Assembly: GCF_001194135.2 (NCBI RefSeq) | Contig: NC_068981.1 | Location: 22,782,141-22,821,707, forward strand | DNA length: 39,567 nt | Direction of reading: 5' to 3' | Origin: Octopus bimaculoides | Lineage: Eukaryota | In this document: in pieces, positions 11,921 to 22,806 of the stretch | Position numbering within the stretch: position 1 is the first letter of the stretch | How the letters are laid out: each line of letters starts with the position of its first letter | Position numbers and translations under genes: made by a program | Notes under the pieces: generated by a model | The model's database searches: none | The model's input: only the letters and a program-made list of their open reading frames with translations | Told to the model about the DNA's origin: nothing

Positions 11921-12128
11921 TAATCCTTTCTACTGTAGGTACAAGGCATGAAATTTTGTGGAAGGGGACTTGTTGATTACATCGACCCATGTTTCACTGG
12001 TACTTAATTTATCAACCCCAAAAAGGCAAAGTTGACCTTGGTGAAATTTGAACTTAGAATGTAGCAGCGGGTGAAATACCACTAAGCATTTTGTCTGGCG
12101 TGCTAATGATTCAGCCAGCTCACCACTT
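11921..12128 (-). mobile_element. SINE family C
   Basis: taatcctttctactgtaggtacaagg...ggtgaaatttgaacttagaa...ccagctcaccac. Confidence 0.8.
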
Positions 12129-12145
12129 TACCAACAATAGTAATG

Positions 12146-12330
12146 TAATCCTTTCTACTATAGGCAAAAGTCCTGGAATTTTGGGGGAAGGGTTGGTATT
12201 TCACTGACCTTGAAAGGATGAACAGCATAGTTGACCTCAGTGGAATATGAACTCAGAACATGAAGCCCTGGAAGAAATGCTGTTAAGCATTTTGCCTGAT
12301 GTACTAATGATTCTGCGTACTCTCTGCTTC
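12146..12330 (-). mobile_element. SINE family C, second tandem copy
   Basis: Same start motif taatcctttctactataggc, more degraded than the first copy. Confidence 0.75.
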
Positions 12331-12452
12331 AGTAATAATAATAATGATTGTGATGGGGATAATACTAATTCTTAATATCATTATAAAAGAAAAAAAAATG
12401 GTGCTTGTGAATCTGTTGAGAAGGAAAAAAATTGTTACTTGCATTAACATTT

Positions 12453-12491
<39 letters not shown>

Positions 12492-12745
12492 TGTGGTGTA
12501 TTTGTAAATATTACTATGCACATGGTAAATCTAGAAAGTAAAATGAACTCAATACCTTTGGTAGAATAAATATTTAATATATTTGTTGCAGTTCTTTTAG
12601 CTTACTACATTCCATTACTGAGTTTTATGTCTATATACATACACTTTTGAATATCTGTGTTTACAGGCTATGTTTATATATATATCTTTAAGCTAGTGTT
12701 TTGATTTAAATATTTACCAAATATATTTCTCATTGTTTGTTTCAG

Positions 12746-12808
12746 AAACAGTCCACTACCACCCTGCTCCGGATATTGGGGCACCAGATTTAAGACAAGA
12801 AGCAGATG
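12746..12808 (+). CDS. 63-nt phase 1-1 exon (TVHYHPAPDIGAPDLRQEAD)
   Basis: Strong acceptor ctcattgtttgtttcag and consensus donor ATG|gtaagt; GC-rich island in AT-rich flanks; the phase-0 frame has a stop. Confidence 0.8.
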
Positions 12809-12914
12809 GTAAGTCTATCTTATTTTTAGCTTAATTATTATTAAAATTATGCTAGCCTAATGAAATTTTCTTTTATTTGTTTTAGTCTCAGGATTTCTTG
12901 AGCATCATCTCTAA

Positions 12915-13075
12915 TAGTTTAGTGGAACAAACTTGACCCCAGTACCTTTTTTTGTTTTTTTTTGGTCTGGTACTTATTCAGTCAGTCCCATATACTAAAT
13001 TATGGGGATGTAAACAAACTAACACCAGTTGCCAAGCAGTGGTGGAAGACCAACACAAAGACACACACATAGAAC
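12915..13075 (-). mobile_element. SINE family A 3' half
   Basis: ggtctggtacttattc...gatgtaaacaaactaacaccagttgccaagc...ggaagaccaacacaaagacac. Confidence 0.65.
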
Positions 13076-13331
13076 ATACAGGGATGTACCACCTCTGTAG
13101 GCAAGGCAGGCAGGGCCTACCTTAAATAAAATAGATTGATTGCAATATTTTCTTCTCATGGCAAAATATACACCTAATTTAATAAAATTATGAAGGAAAA
13201 CTGAAAACCCAGTGAACTTATGTTAATTGTGGTCTGTCAAGCTATTATTTTAATTTTTATACAGGTCTGTTAATAAGCCGTTTAAACAAAATAAGTTGGG
13301 GCATTAGCATCAGAGGGATTACAATTGTAAT

Positions 13332-13534
13332 TCATCATCATCACTATCATTTAACATCGTCCTTCCATGCCAGCATGGGAGGAGCTAGCCAGGCAGAAGA
13401 AGCCTGCACTTCTGTGTCAGTTTTGGCATGGATACAGAAGTATGGCGCAGGCTCCTGCCAGGCCAGCCCCTGTCAAACCATCCGACCCATACTGGCATGG
13501 AAGAAGGAGGTTAAATGGTGATGATGATGGTGAT
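13332..13534. repeat. Inverted fusion of two SINE-B 3' tails
   Basis: Arms 13346-13379 and 13486-13519 are 29/34 complementary and each carries a (CAT)n or (ATG)n tail. Confidence 0.8.
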
Positions 13535-13784
13535 AAACCAAAAGAAGTAAAGTGTCTGACTTGATAAAGGAAACACGGCGGGGGTGGGGAGAATAGTGTA
13601 GAATAGCTAAAATTCTCCATGCCATTAAAGACAATGAATTGTTCTACTGTCATTCTTTAGCTGTTAAACACCGGGCCATAAGGCCATCTTCCCCTTTCAG
13701 ATACTCTCCCCCTTCACATTTAAAAGCGGAAGCTTTTTTCTTTCCCTTTGTTCTTTATTTCTGTTTTGCCAAGTCACTCAGAAG

Positions 13785-13995
13785 CCCTGCTTAGTGCCAG
13801 TGACACAAAAAGGCACATAGTACTCAAGTACACATTGCAATGTGTGCATACAGTAAGGTGTTAGATGGACATCCAGCTGTAGAAACCATGCCAAAATTGA
13901 CACTGGAACTTGGCACAGCACTGTGGATCACTGGATCCTATCAAGCTGTTCAGTCCACGTCAGCCTGGAAAATGGACATTAATGATAATGATGAT
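13785..13995 (+). mobile_element. SINE family B
   Basis: gacatccagctgtagaaaccatgccaaa...ggaaaatggacattaatgataatgatg. Confidence 0.7.
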
Positions 13996-13999
13996 TAAA

Positions 14000-14195
14000 G
14001 CTGGCAGAATTATTTGCACATTGGACAAAATTCTTAGCAGCATTTCTTCCAGCTGTTTACATTCTGAATTCAAAAGCTGCCGAGGTTGACTATGCCATTC
14101 ATCCTTTTGGATTCAATAAAATAAGTACCAGTTGAGCACTAGGAATCCTTCCTTCAAAACTGCAGGCCTTGTGCCAAAATTAGAAAGAATTATTT
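14000..14195 (+). mobile_element. SINE family C
   Basis: gctggcagaattatttgcac...tctgaattcaaaagctgccgaggttgactatgcc...ataagtaccagttgagcact. Confidence 0.75.
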
Positions 14196-14977
14196 TAAAG
14201 ACACTGATGCCACAGCAGTAATGATGAGTTCTATGACTTCAATAACAACAAAAATTTTCACACTTCAAAGCTGAACAAAGCTTTTTATTATGAAATACAA
14301 GTTTTTTTTCTCCCCCCCCCCCCCCCCCACTCCCTATTCACTTAGTGTGTTTTTATGTTCAATTCTACTGACAGCTTTTCAGAAATAGCTAAGCTGCTTT
14401 TGTTTCTTGTAATATTACCTTACTGCGTTTATAAAGTAAAATATTTTCATTGATAATGACAAGTTTGTTTTCATTCATTTTCTGCTTTATATTTTACTGA
14501 ATTGATAACTTGCTATTTATCAAAAGTTTTTCTTTTTTCTTCTATATTACAGAATGATTTTATGATGTGATTGTTTTGTCCAAGACTTGTTTTCTCTTAT
14601 ATCATAACTACACATTTCAATAAACATTAAGTGTGTACAAAAAAAAAAAATTCTTTTCTTCAATATTTCCTCTCTCCTCTGCATTAAAATGCGGGAGATA
14701 CTTTGTTAGTTGTTTAATCCCAGCCAGTTTCAATATACGTCAGACCTTATTGAGCAGACCATTCATGACCACCCTGTCTTATTGTATATCAGTAACAAGA
14801 TTGTCCAATGTTTCCTTCTTTTTTTTAAAGATGGTTGAGTGTGATTTTGAGTGAATTTGGCTTCTATTTCTAGCAGGTCATGCAACTGTATAAGGGTTCT
14901 TTTGTTTGCTCATGTCGAAAGGGTTATCTATTCCCTAGTAATTTATATCCCATCAGATCAGTAAACCAGGCAGTAAT

Positions 14978-15043
<66 letters not shown>

Positions 15044-15149
15044 TACATAAAAAAGCAGATAAACAAAGCTTGATGAGTATGTTTGTTTGCAAGGAGTACA
15101 AATAAACAAATGGCATTATATAATAGTCATATCTTAACATTTGTTTCAG

Positions 15150-15172
15150 GTGAACCATGGCTTACACCATAA
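15150..15172 (+). CDS. Candidate alternative last coding exon (GEPWLTP*)
   Basis: Strong acceptor tcttaacatttgtttcag; in phase 1 after 12808 it reads G-E-P-W-L-T-P-TAA. Confidence 0.4.
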
Positions 15173-15264
15173 CCACATCTATTATAAAATAGAAACTCCT
15201 AATGTCGGTATATGGAGCAACGTGAAATTTTATAGATCTATTGGGGCAAGTGAGATCGAAGCTG

Positions 15265-15710
15265 AACCAAATTTGATGACTGGCACCTGTGCCAGTGGAG
15301 CACTAACAGCACCATCTGAGCGGGATCACTGCCAGAGCAGCGGTCTCGCTCCTGTGCCGGTGGCACGTAAAAAGCACCATTTGAGCGCAATTGTTTCCAG
15401 CTTCGCTTTACTGGCACTTGTGCCGGTGGCATGTGAACAAAACATTGGACTGACTCCTGTGCAGGTGGCATGTAAAAAAACACCTTTTGAGCGTGGCTGT
15501 TGTCAGTACCGCCAGACTGGCTCTCATACCAATGGCACGTAAAAAGCACCCACTACACTCAGAGTGGTTGGCGTTAGGAAGGACATCTAGCTGTAGAAAC
15601 TCTGCCAAATCAGATTGGAGTCTGGTGTAGCCATCCGCTTCGCCAGTCCCCAGTCAAATCGCCCAACCATGCTAGCATGGAAAGCGGTTGTAAAATGATG
15701 ATGATGATAT
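15265..15710 (+). mobile_element. SINE family B, long copy with an internal array of about five ctggcacctgtgccggtggcacgtaaaaagcacc-like units
   Basis: Repeated units at 15280-15550, then ggcgttaggaaggacatctagctgtagaaac...gcatggaaagcgg and a (TGA)n tail; CpGs retained. Confidence 0.85.
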
Positions 15711-15714
15711 AATA

Positions 15715-15880
15715 CAAAGCCATGTTACCCTCATCAGGAGAATCTGGTTAAAAGGTTAATGCTTTACTTTAAGGCACTGAGCTGGCAGATTGGCAGAATC
15801 ATTAGCATATCAGTAAAAATTCTTTATGACATTTCTTCTGCTTTTAACCAGAATCTCCTGATGAGAGTAACATAACTTTG
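15715..15880. repeat. 40-bp inverted repeat enclosing a SINE-C head fragment
   Basis: 15715-15754 versus the reverse complement of 15841-15880 are 36/40 identical; 86-nt spacer. Confidence 0.9.
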
Positions 15881-16212
15881 CCTCATGGATCTATTAGAAT
15901 TCATGTTAATCCATATACCTACAACATTATGGGTCTTTATTACACTTTAGACATGTTCATAGCATAAGCCATAGTTCACCTGAAACAGCAGTCAAGATAA
16001 AAGTGTTGCATTATTTGTTTTGTTTATTCGTATTCTATGTAAGTATACTCATCAATCCGACTTGTGCTTATCAGCTGTTTCGTTTCTGTATCCACGCAAC
16101 AAAGATCATTCCTACAGTAAACTTTCTACACTGAGTCACTTGTCCTGGATGAAGGAGTTGGAATTTACGTTCTAATTTATCTAAGCACTGCTCAGGGATA
16201 TAGTACAAGATG

Positions 16213-16215
<3 letters not shown>

Positions 16216-16270
<55 letters not shown>
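16216..16270. repeat. (CA)n microsatellite
   Basis: Uninterrupted CA run. Confidence 0.95.
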
Positions 16271-16273
<3 letters not shown>

Positions 16274-17882
16274 TTGTGTCTGTGCGTGCAGAGTGAATTT
16301 TATATGAACTGTGTAGTGTAGAAGCCGATTGCTTACGTGTGTGAGTGGGTATGAGTGTGTGCATGCATTCTTAATTTGTTTTCTCCCAACATCATCATCA
16401 TCATCATCATCATTTAACGTCTGCTTTCCATGCTAGCATGGGTTGGACAATTTTACTGAGGACTGGCAAGCCAGAAAGCTGCACCAGGCTCCAATCTCTC
16501 AACAAAAATAATAATATTGAAAAAACACTTTAGAAGACTGCGTCTTTTAGATACACAAGAAACCCGTTGTTAGCAATAACAGCAACAGCTGCCCATATCT
16601 TTCTTGTGCCTCCCTTTAACATGTTTGGTAAAAACAAAGGATTTTTTTCTGTTTCTTTTATGGAAGAATATGAGAACATTGACAATAAGTGGGGTGTCAA
16701 CTGTCTTACTGAACCCCCAAAAAGATAAAGCAGATGGTTAAACCAACTGCAGTCATAATAGTTCAGGCACATAGATATATATACACACATATACATACAC
16801 ATAGAACATATATATAAACATAGTCAGAACCATAGATAGTTGCATTTATAAAACTATTTTTGAGCTAGTATTATAAGAATGGTACAGAAGAGAATGTGAC
16901 ATTTTCTGGCAAATCCCCATTTAATTCAAACACATTAGTTTGAGTTATTTTTTACTGCTAGCGACAACAAATTTACTAGAGAGACAAATACAACAGCAAT
17001 GATAAAAATAACAACAACAACATCTCTTTATGTCAAAGCAACATTATAAAATATCAGATACTAAATAGGGTGTGCCATAGATTACAAATGGTAAGAAATA
17101 TTAGAATAATAATAATCATCATCATCATCATCATCATTCTGATGTCCACATTGCCATGTTTGCATGGATCAGAAGGAATTTGTTGAAGCAGATTTCATAT
17201 GGCTAGGTGCTTTTCCTGTCAACAACCTTCACCGGTTTTAAGCAAGGTTATACTTTTCCGTAGTTGAACATGTTTCCATGGAAAATTGGAAATTAAAGAC
17301 ACCTCTTGTATAACAGTGATGTTCAGTTACAGCTTTCACATAATGTTGACAAGGAGACACACATGTCAGGCTTTTTTCAGTTTCCATCTGCATCTACCAA
17401 ATCCATGTTGGCATGAAATATGCATATAAAGTGATGATGAAGTATACTGTGTTTTATAATACAATATATCTAATAAAGGGATTTTTGCCAGATGAGAAAC
17501 TGGAGCTTCTGGCTTTTCAATGACAAACATATATACATTCATACATATAATGATTTTACTGAGAGCTGCTTCTGCTGCATAATTTGAATTTTATCCTGCT
17601 TACACAGTGCCATTTGCAAACTAGTGTATTGCTAATACACTATCTTTATATACTTCAGACTAGCAAATTCAGTCTTGTTTTAGAAGTGATACAACAGTGA
17701 TGTTGACAAGCTTCAACAATAGTGAAATACTTATGTCTCTTTTTCAGTCACTTCCAGGGCAGCTATATTTTGTGTGGCTATAAAGTAAATTGTGTTTAAA
17801 AACACAGCATGTGTATAAAGGGATTTTTCCTGTAAAAAATCTGCAACTTCTGGTTTTTCATCAACACACATACATTATGTTT

Positions 17883-17919
<37 letters not shown>

Positions 17920-18607
17920 CAAAAGAAGGAAAATGCACAGTTTACATAGTTTTAATATATTTTATAAGTCAAAGAGTATTATGTTTGTCGACCGGTTTCG
18001 CTTTCACTAATCATGACATTGAAATTATTGTAATTTTGTATTTTCTTAAGATTTTAGTACATGTTGTGTGTGGAGAAGTTTGTGAATGAATGATTCAACA
18101 AATAAAAGAAAATCTAAGGGTGGGGGATGATTGGTCATCGTTATTATTGGGAACAGGGGAGGTAATTGCTCATCTTTCGGGGAGGGGATAAATATATATA
18201 CGAAAACTTGAAAGCTAAAGTAGCGAGATGAAATGTGTACAATGATGGGTATGTGGTCATGAATTGAAATATATACTGAGATCAAAGTTAGATATGCATT
18301 CATATTTAGATGTGTTCTGTATTTTTGGATGAACAAATTTTCTTTATTTAAACATTCTTGTACAGAAATTGTTTCTTTGCACTGGTAGATAGGGAAAACT
18401 GTGAAGTTTCAGTGGATATTACCTGTACATCTCTCTGTGCTCACTCAAAGAAATCTATCTGTATTGTGTGAACCAGATCTGTTCTTTATATGGTGTGGTT
18501 CTCTGTCTCAGTGTAATATTTGTCTGTCCTATATAGTTATGTCCACAACCTGAACAGCAGCTGTGTGATTGTTTATGTCTCCTCAAAACAAAATGTCAGA
18601 CATCGGT

Positions 18608-19392
18608 TTAACCCTTGGTCTACCAGAGAAAATGTATATCACTAATTACCAACTGGGTCCAATGGACCCAATATTTTTCTTTTAATTAAATTTTATTCAA
18701 ACTGTCATTATTTCTTAGCTACATTATATATGCTGTTAGGTGAATGAAGAATTACTGTTTCTCACAAATTTTAATAAAGAAATACAGCTTACAGAATATA
18801 TTATAAATTCTTTAAAAATTACAAAAATACAAAATTACAGCTCTTCATGGCAGCAAATGTTTTTGGCAAACATGGATATTACAATTCTTACATGTAGTAT
18901 GAGTTTTCCTGTCTTTTTGGGGTCACACAAAGAACATCTTTTTTTTTCTTTGGCTGAGGAATCTCAAATGAGGTTGAAGATTGTCTTCTTTTATTGTTTG
19001 GTTGAGAAATGTTAGCAGAACAAGAAAATTGTTTGTCACATTCTTGTTTAGCATTAACTCCAACAAGTTCCTTTCCTAACTGAATTAGGCACTGTCTTCT
19101 TTCATCCTTGAAACTTTGCAAGTGAAGTTGTTTAGCAACAATGAAAGCATTCATTACACTTATATCAGTCATGTAGAATATAGCCATAGGCCATCTTCGA
19201 GTCATTCTTTTGCAAGTGTATGTCCTTACCATCTTATCTAGGGTATCTACTACTCCTTTTGATTTGTTGTAACATGTAATAACTTCAGGTTTCTTTTCAG
19301 CACTTTTTGAATCAATTGAAGGCTAAGAGTGCATTGTACTCATAAGGGTAACTACATAATTTTTCTTGGGACAATAAGATAGGATCATAAAA
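18608..19392 (-). mobile_element. piggyBac (PGBD4-like) transposase 3' remnant with intact 3' terminus
   Basis: Minus strand gives SYCPKKNYVV/TLMSTMH, KKPEVITCYNKSKGVVDTLDKMVRTYTCKRMTRRWPMAIF and the Cys-rich RCSLCDPKK/DRKTHTTCKNCNIHVCQKH, with stops and frameshifts. TTAA+CCCT end at 18608-18615; subterminal gggtccaatggaccc palindrome. Confidence 0.92.
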
Positions 19393-19414
19393 TATTGTAC
19401 TCATTGAACTGTAG

Positions 19415-19756
19415 CTATGTTGGGGCACTACCTTGAAGGATTTGTTCAAATAAATTGACCACTGTACTTATTTTTTAAGTTTGGAACTTATTTGGTTGGT
19501 CTCTAGCCAAACTTCTAAGTTATTGGAACATATACAAACCAACACTGGCTGTCAAGTTATGGTGGGGACAAACACTAAAAAGATACATACACAATGGGTT
19601 TCTACATAATTTCTTTCTATTAAATCCACTCACAAAGTATTGGTTGATCTGAGGCTATTGTAGAAGACACTTGCCCAAAGTACTGCAGAGTGGGATTGAA
19701 CCCAGTTCTATGTCACTGGGAAGCAAACTTCTTACCATGCAGCCGTACTTGCACCT
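19415..19756 (-). mobile_element. SINE family A, abutting the truncated end of the piggyBac remnant
   Basis: gacacttgcccaaagtactgcagagtgggattgaaccc...cttcttaccatgcagcc head. Confidence 0.8.
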
Positions 19757-20229
19757 GTATACATAAACAAATAATTTCTCTTCAAAGCATAAAAGAAAGG
19801 CCAAACTATAAAGAAACAGGAACAACCTGTGTTTGGTATTAATATTGGTTGGAGGAATGGTGAAGATGTCGCCATTGGTTGTTGTTGGTGATTGAGAGTG
19901 GTAGGAGTGATGTTGTTTGGGAGTGGTGCTATTGATTAGAATTGGTGCCAATGTTTGGTTCATAGCAATGGTGATATAGGATTGTTCTTTATCCCTAGGA
20001 TAGTTCTGATCACACAGAACTCTGATCATAACGTTTCCAGTCATAACCATCCCGCTTGATTTTGTCAAATATATTCATTATCTTTTTTAAAAAAAAGGGA
20101 AATTTAGCTGCTATTTCCAGTAATTTAAGAAACCATGCAGAGGATTTCATGTTTGTTCCAGTGACTAATGGTTGGGTGTGGTGGTCATGATGTGTTAGGG
20201 GATATTAATTGTGTGTTTTATTATTTCAC

Positions 20230-20770
20230 CTTTCTCTTTCCTTATTTCTTTCTGTCTTTATATCTATCTCTTCCTCTTTCTCTCTTCTGTCTTTCTTTCC
20301 TTCCTTACTTTCACTTTTTATTGTTTCCTTCTCTGTTATCTTCCTCCATCTTTCTTACTTTCTTCATCTTTTCATTTCATTTAAAAAAAAAATTGTTTAG
20401 ACCTTCTGTTATATTATTCTCATTTTCTCTCTTTTGATAATTACACTTTTTTTTATTCACCACCACAAACACTACCACCACCACCACCACCACTACCAAC
20501 ACATGTACTTGTATCATGTTAACATCAGCTTTATCCCTTCCATTTTCTTCCAACGTCCTTCTTACTTTTTCACAATCTTGTTATTTTCCTTTTATCCTTC
20601 CCCACTGTCTCTTTACATCTCTCTCTCTCTCTATCTATCTATCTCTCCATCTTTTACCACTTCCTCCCTTGTTTAGTTTACATTTTATTTATTCATCCAG
20701 TTCCTTTTTTTTTTTTTTTTGTCATAGTTGTTTCCCTTAATTTTCACTCCTTTTTACCTCCCACTTCTCT
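20230..20770. repeat. Pyrimidine-rich low-complexity tract; similar tracts at 28560-28980, 32300-32640 and 37370-38150
   Basis: Strong C/T or A/G strand skew with (CAC)n and (CT)n runs. Confidence 0.8.
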
Positions 20771-20784
20771 AATGAACAAATAAC

Positions 20785-20844
<60 letters not shown>
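20785..20844. repeat. (AAT)n microsatellite, about 20 units
   Basis: Perfect AAT run. Confidence 0.95.
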
Positions 20845-20845
<1 letters not shown>

Positions 20846-21023
20846 TAAAGACCTGAAAGTGGAAATAACCAGAATGTGAAAGATTGAAGGCAGAAACCAT
20901 CCCAATTATAAATAAAAGGTACTTTAGGAATGAATACAAAAAAAAAAAAAAAAGATGCTGACTAATACATAACCAAAGCTCCAGGCCTTAAAAACATAAC
21001 AACATACAGAAGTATCACTACTA
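20844..21023 (+). mobile_element. Dong/R4-like RLE non-LTR retrotransposon C-terminal fragment
   Basis: Frameshifted YKDLKVEITRM*..KAETIPII.KGTLGM...KAPGL...NIQK matches the restriction-like endonuclease tail motif KYxDLxxEIxRxW...IPVxIGALG. Confidence 0.7.
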
Positions 21024-21035
21024 CATACACATATA

Positions 21036-22605
21036 CTGTGTATACTCGTGTAAAAGTCAAACTTTTTAGACCATTTTTTTAAGGTAAAATTTATGGGGTC
21101 GATTATTACATGGATACTACTTTTGAGGGGCTGAAATTCAAGCTAGAATCCGATGTACTGTATCAGCAGCAGAAGCCCAACTGATCTTTAAGTGAATAAA
21201 AACAAAAGCACAATGAATTACAGTAATATTACCAATTTTATACATCAAAATACGTGTCCTAATAAATAACAAAATCTCTAGACAAGACCATGTAGCCCGC
21301 ATGTGCAGTTACCAGTAAATGTCCATAATGTGGTGCAGAGTGGTTAATCTGGAGCAAGGATTCCTAAAATGTGTTCTGTAAAATCTCAGGATTCCCTAAA
21401 AGTTATCAGGGGTTCCATGTTTTTAAAAATAATGGTGAAGGATTTTGCGGCAAAAAAAAGAGTGGCTGTGTGGTAAGTAGCTTGCTTACCGACTACATGG
21501 TTCCGGGTTCAGTCCCACTGTGTAGCACCTTGAGCAAGTGTCTTCTACTATAGCCTCGGGCCGACCAAATCCTTGTGAGTGGATTTGGTAGACGGAAACT
21601 CAAAGAAGCCTGTCGTATATATGTATATGTATATATATATGTGTGTTTATGTGTTTGTGTTTGTCCCTCCAACATCACTTGATAACCGATGCTGGTGTGT
21701 TTGCATCCCCATAACTTAGCAGTTCGGCAAAAGAGACTGATAGAATAAGTACTTGGCTTACAAAGAATAAGTCCTAGGGTCGATTTGATCGACTAAAGGC
21801 GGTGCTCCAGCATGGCCACAGTCAAATGACTTAAACAAGTAAAGGAGTAAAAGAGTAAAAGAGAACCACTGAACTAGCGATTAGCTAAATGTTTTTAGGT
21901 TTACAAAAGTCATGCCTCTGTACAAATCCATACAGTGGTGTTTGCTGTTGTTTACTGATAGTCTGTGAAACGCATTTCTCACCATATAAGCAGACGAGCA
22001 TATGAAGCATGTGTTTATTGTATTTGGGGATGAGTAAAATATAAAGGTCGCATGGGAACCACTGATCCAGCGATTAATTGAATGTTTTTAGACTTACCAA
22101 AGTCGTGCCTTTGTACGAATTCAGACAGTGGCATTTGCAAGTGTTCCCCAATAGTGCTGTCTGTGAAACACATTTCTCACCATGTAAACAATGAGTATGA
22201 TGCATGTGTTTATTGTGCTTCAAGCTGTATGCAGGCTTGCAGCATATCCTGTACATACAATTTAGTAATGGTAATGTAGCTCCCATCAACAGATGTGTAG
22301 TGCTCACTATTAAATGGTGTCTTACTATAAAGCACTGAGCATTCCATTGTAAGCACTAAGCTTTCCACCTATAGAGCAGGCTACAGTAAGGTAGCCACAC
22401 AATTTTGTGACTGTTATTTCTACATACAGGATAATACGGTACCTTGGCCCACAAATGTTGTCCTGTTGTTCGTGAAATACTAGGGTTGAATTTTATACAG
22501 GGTCTATGGAAAATTACCAATTTTTTGGCCCAAAACAGGGGTCGACTTTTACATGACCTCGAGTATATGAGATTGAGTATATATATATTGCTCGAGTATA
22601 TATGG
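21036..22605. mobile_element. Non-autonomous Tc1/mariner-pogo-type element with nested insertions
   Basis: TA|CTGTGTATACTCGTGTAAAAGTCAA at the left; gtcgacttttac...ctcgagtatatatgg|TA at the right; TA flanks at 21034-21035 and 22606-22607. Confidence 0.7.
21471..21863 (+). mobile_element. SINE family A, young, near full length
   Basis: tggctgtgtgg A-box, ggttcagtccc B-box, CpG-rich body, (GAGTAAAA)n tail. Confidence 0.92.
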
Positions 22606-22806
22606 TATATATTATATAGAGTACTTTCAATGCAGTTGAACGCACATACACAAAAGAACAGTTCTCATAAGTCATACTGACATCCTTTTGGTTGTTTTGG
22701 TGGAGCATGCAATAAAAAGAAAATTAGATTACTGGAAAGTAGTAAGAATAATTTATTCCATTGAAACAATAGGTTCTTCCATAAATTTATAAAATGGCTT
22801 GATTAA

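Noticed and set aside
15141-15542. 133-aa ORF and overlapping minus-strand ORFs
   Set aside because: They run through a GC-rich SINE repeat array that lacks stops for compositional reasons.
15280-15550. Repeat-spacer-like array resembling CRISPR
   Set aside because: Degenerate repeats with related spacers inside a eukaryotic SINE, and no cas genes.
15857-15900. CTGATGA hammerhead ribozyme core in the inverted repeat arms
   Set aside because: No GAAA after a stem II and no stem III/NUH on either strand; other CTGATGA sites in the window also fail.
18701-18746. 21-nt symmetric exon-like site ttcttag|...TTAG|gtgaat
   Set aside because: It lies within the piggyBac subterminal region and there is no evidence of exonisation.
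19345-19352. AGGG-TTAA as a second piggyBac terminus making a 737-bp element
   Set aside because: Transposase homology (SYCPKKNYVV) continues past it; the TTAA results from a 1-nt insertion in coding sequence.
21471-21545. tRNA gene calls at SINE heads (also 26088 and 29631)
   Set aside because: A- and B-box-like motifs are present, but there is no full cloverleaf and each continues into a SINE body.
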